From Lytechinus pictus (Eukaryota), in NCBI RefSeq assembly GCF_037042905.1, contig NC_087263.1:9426001-9490000 (forward strand): 64,000 bases of DNA, read 5' to 3'. A program made the position numbers and the translations under genes. The notes under the pieces are model-generated. The model did not search any database. It saw only the letters and a program-made list of their open reading frames with translations, and had not been told where the DNA came from. Shown piece by piece: positions 14,361-25,949 of the stretch (the first letter of the stretch is position 1; every line of letters begins with the position of its first letter).

Positions 14361-14531
14361 ACTGAGGAAAATATTACAACATGGGAGAGGAATCAGCAAA
14401 ATAATGAAGAATAATGCATGGAGATGGCCCAATGATACTGCAAGATGGTGCATAATAGATGGTCCAATCTAGAAGAATCAGCGAAAGATGACGCATGGAG
14501 GTGGTCAGAACCGATGCCATGAGAAACTTAC

Positions 14532-14798
14532 AGGTGTACAACTGAATCTTTGAGGTAGCATTCTTGTTGCCACTAACAGACACCACAGAGAAATTATAAC
14601 CAGTCCCTGCTGTGGGTAGACTCTCACAAGTCACTTGGTAGGTGAGGTTGGCCCCTACATCAGTTATGACCTCAGGGGTTTCGTCATTTTCATAACAAAA
14701 CACCTGGAAAGAGTCTATCTCTCCTGCTGGATGGTTCCACGTAGCAGTGAAGGACGAGTTGGTTGAATTACCTGCTTCGATAAGTACCATATTCGGTA
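14532..14798 (-). CDS. Exon 5, FN3 domain 3
   Basis: 267 bp, phase 1-1, TGTAG acceptor and GTAAGT donor. TATWNHP...LPTAGTGYNFSV. Confidence 0.88.
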
Positions 14799-15338
14799 CT
14801 ACATTTTGCAAAATGGGATGAAATAAATTTGAAATTGTAATCATCTTGATTCTAGCTTCCATTAGGTGCTCCCATACCCACCCAATCACAGTTTAACTGT
14901 TAGGGCACTTTCTGACTGGGAATTCTAACCAGATCAGAAAAATATCTAGTATTTTTCCACAGGGAAAGGAAAGCACTTGTGATATCCCCAAAGAAAATAC
15001 CTAGAAATTAGTTTCTACTTTTTCAAATTTTCAAGAAGATTCACAAGGATTTCTCAAATGCAAAAAAAAAAATCCATGATGGTATTCACATTTCTTTTTC
15101 AATGTTTCCCTACTAAAATATATAATTTTTTCAGATTTGATTTTTTTTTTGAAATAAATTTTTCAAAATACCCTTATATGTTTGTCTATTTTCACTAAAA
15201 GACTTTGAGCTGTAGGAATTATATCACAGAACTGAGGCAAATTTAAATGTTAAAGTTGACTCCTAATTGTAGCTTGACTTGGTAATTCTTTTTCTGGTAC
15301 AAAGTTACATTTGGCTTCGTGTTCAGATGGAAACTTAC

Positions 15339-15617
15339 TAGCTGTGATGGTGACAGTAGAAGCATTACTGTTTTCATTTCCACTCTGTGATGTCACATTG
15401 ATGGTGTACTCTGCTCCAGCGGTCGATAGCATCTCACAAGATACCATATATGAGTTATTCCTGCCATCCTCTGATATTGGTGAAGCCGGATTTGCTGTAC
15501 CCTCTGAACACACAACATTGTATTGATCAACAATCCCTTGAATAGGAGTGGTCCAGTTGGCAGAGACAGAGTTCTCTGCGGCCCCAGATTCAGTGAGGTC
15601 TGATACAGGAGAAGGTC
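15339..15617 (-). CDS. Exon 4, FN3 domain 2
   Basis: 279 bp, phase 1-1, CTCGCAG acceptor and GTAAGT donor. PSPVSDL...SANWTTP...AGAEYTINV. Confidence 0.9.
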
Positions 15618-15800
15618 CTGCGAGAAAGAAGAAAAAAGTCAATACTTATTATACCAAAGGGGTATCACTATATTTGGTCTGCGCTTAACTTCAAGAACTT
15701 CTGTCAAATACAGAGCACATAACAGCTGATCTGCTAAAGCCAGGATAGTCATGCTGTATTTATTGTAGCTCAAGAGCCCTGTCGCTAAGAATTATTCAAG

Positions 15801-15952
15801 AAAGTAAAAAAGGGGCCTAAGCTTTCGATCCTAGCAGAATCTTCGTCGGAGATTCTGCTAGGATCGAAAGCTTAGGCCCCTTTTTGACTTTCTAATTTAC
15901 TCCATTGGCTCTCTTTTATTAGATAAGCAGTTTTCAGCAGCTTCTTTTTGCC
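15801..15952. mobile_element. Penelope-like inverted mini-insertion with 14 bp TSD
   Basis: AAGAATTATTCAAG at 15787-15800 and 15953-15966. 44 bp inverted arms 15799-15842 / 15850-15893. Minus-strand CCGACGAAG-stem-GAAA motif. Confidence 0.65.
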
Positions 15953-16486
15953 AAGAATTATTCAAGCAAGTGCTACGCACACACAATTGGCATTAATTAT
16001 ATTATTCATTACAGCAGGGAATGCTAGCATGAATCGTTAATTCCAGACATTGTTTCATCGTTGATGAAATCCCTGGAATAGATTCAAGCAAAAATATCAT
16101 TGTTGAGGGGAGATGCCAGGTCTGCCATGTATGCAACAGCATACACAGGTGCCATGGAACCAGAGGGGGGGGGGAGGACTTCAGCATCCACCCATTTTTT
16201 TTCTCCAAACCTTTTACAAAAGTATAACAAGTGGAGCGCCTCTGGCAGTCTCACCTGCATTACGTGATTCGATATAGCAGCAATGCTGACTTTGGAAACA
16301 GCTATTGAACAATTATTCACAAAAGAAAACATTCATATGATAATAAAATACTATGTCCATTGACCCAAAATACTTTTTAGCATGATCATGTGACCTATGC
16401 CAAAAAACAATCATTCATACTTGGTTACCCTTATGTCTATGTTTCATGACCTAGATCCATAAACTATGATGCCAATTCAACAAATA

Positions 16487-16721
16487 GGGGAGATCACGGT
16501 TAGTTGGAACGCGGGGTAAGTTGAAACATTGTAATTTTCTTTAACGCCTGTCAAATAAATTTATGCAATACTGCCCTCAATTTATTGCTATTAATAATAC
16601 AACACTTGTATTATTAATAGCAATAAATTGAGGGCAGTATTGCATAAATTTATTTGACAGGTGTTAAAGAAAATTATAATGTTTCAACTTACCCCGCATT
16701 CTAACTAACCCCGATCTCCCC
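16487..16721. mobile_element. 235 bp near-perfect hairpin MITE with TA duplication (Tc1/mariner/pogo-type)
   Basis: Arms of 116 bp around a CAC loop at 16603-16605; TA on both sides. Confidence 0.85.
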
Positions 16722-18439
16722 TACCCCAAACACGGCCAAAGTTCAGTGACCTTAAATGAACTTTGATCTTGGTCATGTGACCTGAAACACGCACAGGATA
16801 TTCGGTGACACGGTTGCTCTCATGTCCAAGTTTCATGAACTAGATCCATAAACTTCAAAAGTTATGATGGCAATTCCACAAATATCCCCACATTACCAAA
16901 GTTCATTGACCCGAAATGACTTTTGACCATGGTCATGTAACCTGATTCTCGCACAGGATGTTCAGGTGGGTGTTTCATAAAGCTGTTTGTAAGTTAAGAG
17001 CGATTTTAAGAATGGGTCAATTCCAGCGTAACGGACCTGACGTTCAGACAAATTTTTGTAATTCAAAGGTTTATACAGTAGAATTAGCAGTCTTTTGATA
17101 ATTGTTATTAAGCTTATCAGACACATTTAAGTATCAGTTACATACACATAAAATTTCAAATCGTTTCGCTGAACAGTTGCGGAGAAATTGCACTCTTTGT
17201 GAGCGTAACGGACATGACACGAAATGGACGAAGCATTTTTACCTCCTATTGCTTATCAAAATTCCTGTGAATTCTTAGATTGCATGCACCTGACGTTGGT
17301 GTTAATTTAACCTTAAGATCATGCTCTATCCATAAAATGGTGTTTAACAAGTTTTGCAGTGCATTCTGTATTCATACAGTAGCTCAAAATGTAGCGTAAC
17401 GGACATGACACACGAAGCGTAACGGACATGACAGTTTCGTCCACTTTTTGTAAGCGAATATAATTATTTTATTACAAGATATGGTACAAGTCTAATTGTT
17501 TACATGTTAAGGCTAGAGGTTAGAGACACACATCATAACTGGTAATCTGTAATATCTCCTATTATTTTGCAATTTGAAAGAGGGGCTTTTCGTACAATAT
17601 TAACAAAAAAATATTTAGAAAAATTTCTTTTACACCAGTTAACAACAGTTAATGAGTATTTTCCAGTTACTACCATCGGCCACACCTAATTAAAGGAGAA
17701 AAAGTTGATAGTAAAGATCATTTTTTATTAATGACTTACTATTTGATAATATACACTAGCGTAACGGACATGACACCCTTACGAAGTGAACTTCATCAGC
17801 ACTTCTTAGTTTCAAAATGAAAGAAATATGAATAATGAATGTAATTATGAAACAGCAAAGTACCTTTACTAACATTCTTAAGAAAAATATGTATATCATT
17901 GGCAGGTATCATTAATTTTAGCTATAGCCTACATGATAATTTCATATAGAATACAATGTTTATCGTACCAGTACGGCACACTGAGAAGACCAAATCTCAT
18001 TTTTTGTGAGAAGAAAACAAAATGTACCAGACCTGTATAAATCCAAGATGAACATATTATGAAATGTATTTTATGATAAAGAATATGTACTAGTAGTAAT
18101 TAATGTCAGTTTTAAGGTTTTAAAACATTATATTAAAAAGTATTTAAAAATTTAATAGCAGTACCTGGAAACCAGTCTTTCATTATCGATTATGAATGAG
18201 TTGAAAGGTTATCGGAATGTTTTTAAATCGCTTTTGAGATGATTTTTTATTCAAAATAAATATCATCCTGAGTATAATCATCCTTTCATCAAATCTTGAA
18301 TGTTCTAAATCTTACGATCTTGCTTGCTGACAAATGTGGCTGTATCTAATTTTGTTGCATTGTCCGCGCTGCTTGTTTACAAATGAAGATACATCATTCA
18401 AATTGTGATTATGGCTGACCAAAATACTATGATGACATA

Positions 18440-18840
18440 ATTTATTGATCGTGCCACATTCCTTCCACAGCCCCTTTGCTTTGTGATATTGCAAAGAAGT
18501 GCCACTGTAGATTAATGGATTCATAGAGCTACATCATGTAACACAGATATCTGAATCAATACAAACTTGTTTTTAAATGTGAGCCCGTGCCATCACTGAA
18601 GAAGTAGAGGTTGGTGAAAGTCAGATACTTTGAAGCAATATCATCAATGATCTCATGAATTCACAAGCTGGAGTTTTATCATGCTCCAAACTGTCAGTTC
18701 AAACACCTAATATAATCAATTGTATTGTTCAAACACAAATGATGCAGATTGTGATCTGAGTATGTTGCCAGATCTAGCTGCATCTTATCCTAATATTATG
18801 TGGCATACCGTTAATTCTCAGAAAAATCTACCAGACAAGA
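18440..18840 (-). pseudogene. Frameshifted transposase catalytic core
   Basis: Manual minus-strand translation across frames gives, in order, LVDFSEN*, WQHTQITI, TDSLEHDK, LYFFSDGTGS-FKNKF and WHFFAISQSKGAVEG. This matches the DFSENY / SDG..SQFKN / WxFFATSHGKGAVDG pattern of invertebrate DDE transposases. Confidence 0.75.
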
Positions 18841-19211
18841 GCTGAACTTTCATCATTCACCAGCTTCTAAAAATAGCTTGAATGACATGCAGATTCTAGG
18901 AGTTATTACATCCAGCTATCCTCAAGCAATTGAGACTGACCTCAGTCTGTGACACTGAGCCTAATATTTTGTTTTTGTGAATGCTGCCTTTTGTCATATA
19001 TAAGGCGTCATGTCATGTCCAATTACGCGAATTGTCATGTCCGTTACGCCATTTTTATGAAAATGAGAAGTGGTAAGGGAAAATGATTGCTGCACATGGT
19101 AGGGGGTTTAATTCTAACATAGAATCTGAATCTGCAGTACCTTTAGACAAATTTCCTGTAAGCTGTCAAAACTTTAAGTGAAAAACGTAACGGACATGAC
19201 ACTGATAATGG

Positions 19212-22200
19212 TTATGAAAATACTTACCATGATTTTCTTATTTACGAGATAACTGGATATACTCATTTGATTTGCTAGTTCATTACGATTAACTTGCACG
19301 CCGAATAAAAGTACAAAATTTTTCCTGCGCGTGCGCAGCATCTCCCTACGCACGCACTATCCCAAGATCATCACGCAAAAAGGCGTCCATTTCCTCTCAT
19401 GAGCCTGAACGCAAGACATGTTGCCACGCAAGGCGAGGGGTCGGTGGGAGGGTTCAAATGAGTATATCCAGTTATCTCGTAAATAAGAAAATCATGGTAA
19501 GTATTTTCATAATTTACATCAATAACTGGGATATACTCATTTGATTTGCTAGACCAACACGGATTCAACGTGAAGGGAGGCATGTCTAGACTAAGAAAGT
19601 GCGTACAAAAATAGGGAGATGAAGACACGAAAGGCCGCTGCCTTAAGGACAGAGGAGGTAAATAAGGCCTCATGTGAAGAAAGGTCCTTAAGAACAAGGA
19701 ATTAGAAGAGCGCCAAAAAGGCGGTCCTCAAGATGTCGTATACGACGATTCCATAGAAAGAGCCCAAGAAGAATGATACTATAATATCATGGGCCCTCGG
19801 CCTAGTGTCAGAAGGAGAACATCATCACCAACTGACTTGATCGTTTCAACAATCCAGCGTGAAAAGATGTCTCGAGAAGCTGCCGCAAACGGCTCGCGCG
19901 ACAAAACAACCAACTGCACAGAGTTGGGAATTGTCTGAAGAATGGCAAACAAAGACGAGGGTTAGAAGTAACACCTAATCTAAGCCAATCCCGGCAACGG
20001 TTCGGGAGCAATGCATAAGTATGCAAAGCTTTGTACTGTAAATGGTTATATATAAACAGATACAGGAGGGATCTCGACTGATAGACAGACAAAAGATACC
20101 TGAAAACCGACCCAAGAGGGAGTTAGTCAAGCGTCAAGAACGACCGACAGGTGCCATGACGGACTAAGCCATACAAGCTCAACGTTTGAGAAAAACTTAA
20201 GAGGTTGTAAGATTCGGATTGAAGGTATTAATCATCCGTAACCGGAGGGATGATAATTGCCGATGATCAAAAAACGATCCGATTTTGTTGAAAATTTCGA
20301 CAAGAATCGTGATCGGAAGACTGAAACTTGTACGGTTCAGTAAGTGATCCATCAATCAATCTGAGAAGGCGACAGCGGGGCTAATAAAAGCCACGGTCAA
20401 GTCACCGGCTTAATAATTTAAGCCAAGCCGCAACCATGCAAACGTAAGGAATGCGAGATATCTCAGAAGCCCCCGCGTGGGAGAAGGCTCCCAGAATTCG
20501 ATATCTGTCTCAAATGCGTGAGGGCAGAACATCTGCAGAATTCTGATAGAGCTGTGGCAGGACGTTTCCAGCAGTCCGAAAAGGACATGGAAAGACAGAG
20601 AGTAAGGTTGAAGTAAACCACTCGTAAGGCAGTCAATGTGTCGAGAAAAGCGACTGAGTGCCATTCTGTTAATAAGAAAATGCCACGGACCTGCTGTCTA
20701 TGTAGAATAGAACAGTCTGGTCAAAGCAGCTCAAACGGGCGTGTCGGAGAAAAACGCGGCACGCATCACGACATCATAAGTGTGATAGACAGCGGATCCC
20801 TTTTGTCCCGTACTAAATAAAACACCCGCCCGAGGGTGCAGTGCCCGCGGCGGGAGAGGTGGGCGGTGGTTTGGCTGAAGCCACCATCGCCGAGAGGGTC
20901 CGTAAGACTAGGCTACGATGGATGTCCGCTGAGCGGAGTAATCCCTAGTCGCAGCAAGCGTACGCCAGAGATGAGCTGGCGAACAATGTCTCTGTCATGA
21001 TCTTACGTGTAAACGATGATCAAGAGATGTCGGTCAAGATGTTCTGAACCAACAGACAACGCCAGACATGATACCTCAACAGTTACGTTCCCGACGGAAT
21101 CGAGTGAGGTAACAACGGCCCTGTCCTATCAAGGTTAGGGACGGAAACTGGCTAAGAGTGTTCAAGTCCTCGCTTGACGAAACAAACGGAGGAGAAAGGC
21201 GACTTGAGGAAAATAATCACCAATATTTCCCTCAGTCTGCGATGAGAACCAGTTGTTTACGAAAACAGCCACAAGGCCTGGTTTCTCTGGTGATCGCAAG
21301 GGCAAGCACCGCCGGCGCCGGTTGCAACAGCATGGAACAGTCCGATATCGGTAAGATAAGGAGTTCCGAGAAACTGCGGGGGGCGGCAAAAATGACGCCC
21401 TAAGCAGCGGGGGATGAGAATCTATGCTTCTAAAAAGAAGAACTCCAGTGAAGTAAATCACTTTCATGGAGGGACTCATCCACAGTCGGCCCGAGAGAAA
21501 GCGGGTCGTGGTGATCGTGGTTAGACAGGCATAAGTATGCATACACACACGTATACATTTTATACATAAATGTATATCCACCACGATTACATCATCCTCG
21601 GTCACGCAGTGACCATGGTCACATACATAGCATGGAAGGAGGATGAAAGCAGCCTGCGAGGCGACTCAAGTGTGCCGATTGAAAAAGCTTCTAAAAAGAA
21701 GACAACTCGACACACGGGCACGGTAAATGCATCGACCGTAGCCCACTCCACACGAGGAAGCGGCGGAGACGCCCGCAAGCTTGACCCACATAGAGGGCAG
21801 TCTATCGGATAGACTGTTTGAGTTCGACCGATGGCCTGGTGGCAGACAGTTTGGTGTGAACTCGCCGACCCGGCACGGTGGGTGCGTCCAGGAAGTAGGC
21901 ATAGAAATGCCGACAGAAAAAACCTGGGGCTTGAAACAAGCCTGAACGCACGCACACAGCCGACAATCTAAAGAGATATATGGCTGTTTCTTTCCACCGA
22001 GATGATGCTTACCCGACCGGGAAAGACTCGGGGAACAAGTTGTGAATGTCAACAGGAGGGGTATCTAGCATATAAATAGCCGATTCTCTCCGGGCGTTCG
22101 GTGCGGGTGCTGCTGGCGGGGTCCGGGGGGACGACCGATGATGGCAGCTCGGGCAGGGCTCGCACGAGCCGCCCGAATACGAGACAAATAGGTTACAAAA

Positions 22201-25200
22201 TAACCATAATGCACCGGGTGGTGAAGGCATAGCGATTATTAAGTATAGGAGAACTATTAATCGCCGTGACATTCAGATCCGATATTTATGCTCATAAGCT
22301 CGGCAGAGCTACGAGATAGTGAGACATACCGCTGAGCGGTGATGGTGCTAATATCGGAGACGCCCTCACTACAGCGGCGATCGCTGGAGGACGGGTGTCT
22401 GTACTAGCCCTGACTCTAACCTTACAAGGAAGAGAAGGAGTTAAAAGTAAAGACAGTGCACCCTTACTTTCGTATAGAAAGTGAGGTTCAGGCCAAAAGC
22501 TGACGGTCCCGTCGCCTGGGCGGACGGTCCGCGGGCGTGATATGTTGCCCTCTCAAAAACAGCCAAACATTCTCATGAGAGAAGGAAGGCATGCGGTATG
22601 TTAGAAAATCTTACCTCCAATCTACAGGCCCGCCTAGGGGGTAGAATGGAGAGAGTTACCGCTGAAAGAGCCGTTGCCGAAAGCGATGCCCGGTCAAACT
22701 GTGAGGCTTGACGTAGAGGGCGAATTCGGGAGTACCTGCATATTAATGGGGGATACCCATGCAGGTGAACTCATCGACGGCTCCCCGGAGTGCGGGCTGG
22801 CGGGAGAAACTCAATCCGCTCAATGCCCGTCACCGGCAATAAGACCGACAGAAAACAGCCAAGCGGCTGCAGCGACCAACCAGCGACATACGAGGGCTTG
22901 CCGACTTGCTGGGTGAGACCCATACGTCAGCAGCACCTGTGCATGTCATGAAAACACCCGTGCGGGTGAAAAGGGCCGGCAATTTCAAAGAAAAGGGCCG
23001 GTGGCTGGTGCGAGGCTGTTGATAAGCCCAGTCGTCGCGTAGCGGCCGTCTGTAATGACGGAGAACACGAGGGTAAGAACCCGTAATGCTCGGGACGTGT
23101 TGATGCAACCTGTAAGGATGCAACGTCCAGCCGTTGGTCATCGAGAGCTTGCCGACATGTTGGCTTGAAAGCCGTATGTTGGAAGCACCTGCATGGAAAC
23201 GGGGTCACCGTGTAGGTGAACAGCGTTTCAATAAAAGCCCGGCGTGAGAGGGCAGGTGACTGCTTGAACCGCACGGTGCTTAGCACGGCGGCTAAAGCTG
23301 ACATGAAGCGGGAGTCTGGTGACATAATGGGGGCGATGCCCGTATGTCGATAACACCTGTGTATTAGCGGGAATTTCCCTTGCAGGTGCGTGAGCCGGCG
23401 AATCATGAAATTGCCGGTGACTCTCCGAGGTATGAGATGGCGAATGTCTGCTTGGCCTGTCCGGTGCTTGACACGGCGGCTGAAGCTGACATGAAGCGTG
23501 GGGGAATTTACCCGCACTGCTCGTGGGCGTGTGAAGCAACATGAGAGTTGCGACGCGTGACCCACAATTATCGGGAGTCTGGTGACATGATGGGGGGGCG
23601 ATGCCCGTATGTCGATAACACCTGTGTATTAGCGGGAATTTCCCTTGCAGGTGCGTGCGCCGGCGAATCATGAAATTGCCGGTGACTCTCCGAGGTGTGA
23701 GATGGCGAATGTCTGCTTGACCTGCCTGGTGTTTGACACGGCGGTTTTAGCTGACAGAGAGCATGAGGATAAAAATCTGTGATGCTCGAGGGCGTTCTGT
23801 TGTAACATGAAGTTACGATGCCTGACCATCGGCACAAGAATTAGAAAGAAAGGGTCTGCCCGCGAAGCGGGGTTAGCAACCTAGAATTTCTTCTTCTTCC
23901 TCTTCTATGCGGCCCCCGCCGGGGGGCAGAATAGGGCACAAGAGACAGGGGGGACGTGATATCTCGCATGAGAAAAATCACCCAAATCTGATCAAGCCGT
24001 TTAGGCACATGAACGCTAATTCCACGGTTCCACCTTTAAGGGCACGTGGACGCGATTCCACAGTTCCACCCTGATCAGATAATCGTGAGATTGACGGAGT
24101 CGAGCTCACGTGTCTCTAGCGACTAGGGGCTGGTAGCCCTTTGCTAATGCTCCCTGAAGGAGACTGACAAAGCATCGAGCCTAGTCTGTGCCGGGAAAAG
24201 AGTCCCATGCTCTTAACCCGGACTTGTTGGACCCGATAGCCGGTGGGTAAAGCAGCCCTGGAGGAGTGAAGTTTTCTATACTAGTACCACACTCCCCAAA
24301 ATAGGTTCAGGTCCCGTCGAGGGAGCCTTGGCTATCACCTTTCAGGCACGTGGCCGCTGCGCCACGGTTCCACCCTAAAACGCTCGGGTACGTGGGCGCG
24401 GTTCCACGGTTCCACCCTCTTGGGCACGTGGACGCAACTCCACGGTTCCACCCTCCTTTTTCCAAGGCACGTGGACGCAACTCCACGGTTCCACCCTTTA
24501 TAGAGCCCATCGCAAAGGGTCTCACTCTCTTGCCCTCATACTCACCGCCGCTGATCACGGGAACAAAAATACCATGTCTGGTTCTCTCCCAGCGGTAGGT
24601 TTGGAGTCATCAGGAGATGAGTCAAAAGAGCTCATCTACCTGGTAAGTTCTTAGCTGAAAGAACAAAAGGAGGGTCGAAAACAGAGAGGGGGCGGAGGGG
24701 TGGGTGGACAAGAAAGGTGACAAAGCAAGATCCTTATCAGAAATATTAATAATAAAATTAATAACTTCGGAAGAACAGGATCGACTTCTTAAACATGAGA
24801 TCAAACAAAGTTAAGAAGCTGAAGTGAGAAAAAAAAACTAAGTTTATTTTTTTATTTTTTTATTTTTTATTTTTTAATCAATTACACGTAAACATGACGT
24901 TAATTAATTAAAAACAGAAACGTCTAAGTCCAAGGACGAAGAGCAGGATCAGCTAAGAAAAAAAAAACACAAGTTTTTTTTTTTTTGACAAGGGTCAAAA
25001 GAAATAAGTAAAAGAGCTGATCTGAAAGGAAGAAGTACAAACTTACTTCCCTTAAACTGGAAAGCCGAAAACTCATTAGCGAAATTTTTTTTAAAGGACG
25101 CTAATAGAAAACAGGGGGGCTTCCCAAAAAATTTTAAGAGAAATTTTTTTTTAAGACAATAAGTCTTAAAAAAAAATTTTCAATACAAAAATAATTATTA

Positions 25201-25949
25201 AAATTAATTAATAATTAAACAATTAACCAATTGGTTAATTAACAATTAATTAATTCATTAATTAATCAATCAATCAATTAATCAAACAAAAACAAAAGAT
25301 TGATTGAGACAATCAACCAACTCACAAAGGAACAAGTTGAAAACAAGTTTGAGAACAAACAAGGACGACGCTCCTATCTGTCCCATAGCCTAAGCTGTGG
25401 GGAGGAAATAAAATCAATTCAATTCAAGACGAGGCAAAGGTGCAAGTCAAGAATAATAAAGAATTAAAAAGATTTGGCGTCGTATCAATGCCTGCGGCAC
25501 GCAGGAATAGTGCGCGGAGCTACGGGTAAGGGAAGCGGAAGCAACCCGTCTGTGAGAAAACGAAACTGACGTTCGGAACTCACAAGTTTATTTAAAGAAA
25601 AACGTGAATAATAACACGAATGCTCCATGCACTATGATATAAATGAAATCAATCTAAAGCCGAAAGGCAAAGGATTGAAATACGCTGTAAATACATAGAT
25701 AAATATGTAAACAACGGACACTTTTTATAGAAAAGTGGGAGTGTACATGTACTTAGCTAACGTCTGATCACGGCGGCAGGCGAAAGTAAAAGAGGAAATG
25801 GACGCCTTTTTGCGTGATGATCTTGGGATAGTGCGTGCGTAGGGAGATGCTGCGCGCGCGCAGGAAAAATTGTGTACTTTTATTCGGCGTGCAAGTTAAT
25901 CGTAATGAACTAGCAAATCAAATGAGTATATCCCAGTTATTGATGTAAA
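19212..25949 (-). mobile_element. DIRS1-type (tyrosine-recombinase class) retrotransposon, non-coding/non-autonomous
   Basis: ITRs 19249-19397 and 25791-25940. ICR 19454-19552 equals the reverse complement of 19212-19270 joined to the reverse complement of 25910-25949. TTT 5' start on the minus strand, no TSD, no intact ORFs. Confidence 0.9.

Noticed and set aside
19220..19230. U1 snRNA gene (ATACTTACC)
   Set aside because: Only 9 nt match and no U1 body follows; it is part of the DIRS terminus.
22927..23837. Longest ORFs in the DIRS (212, 147 and 89 aa) as genes
   Set aside because: They lie in GC-rich duplicated sequence and show no recognisable domain.
24015..24500. Repeat-spacer-like pattern in the DIRS
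   Set aside because: Units are degenerate with tiny irregular gaps; not CRISPR.
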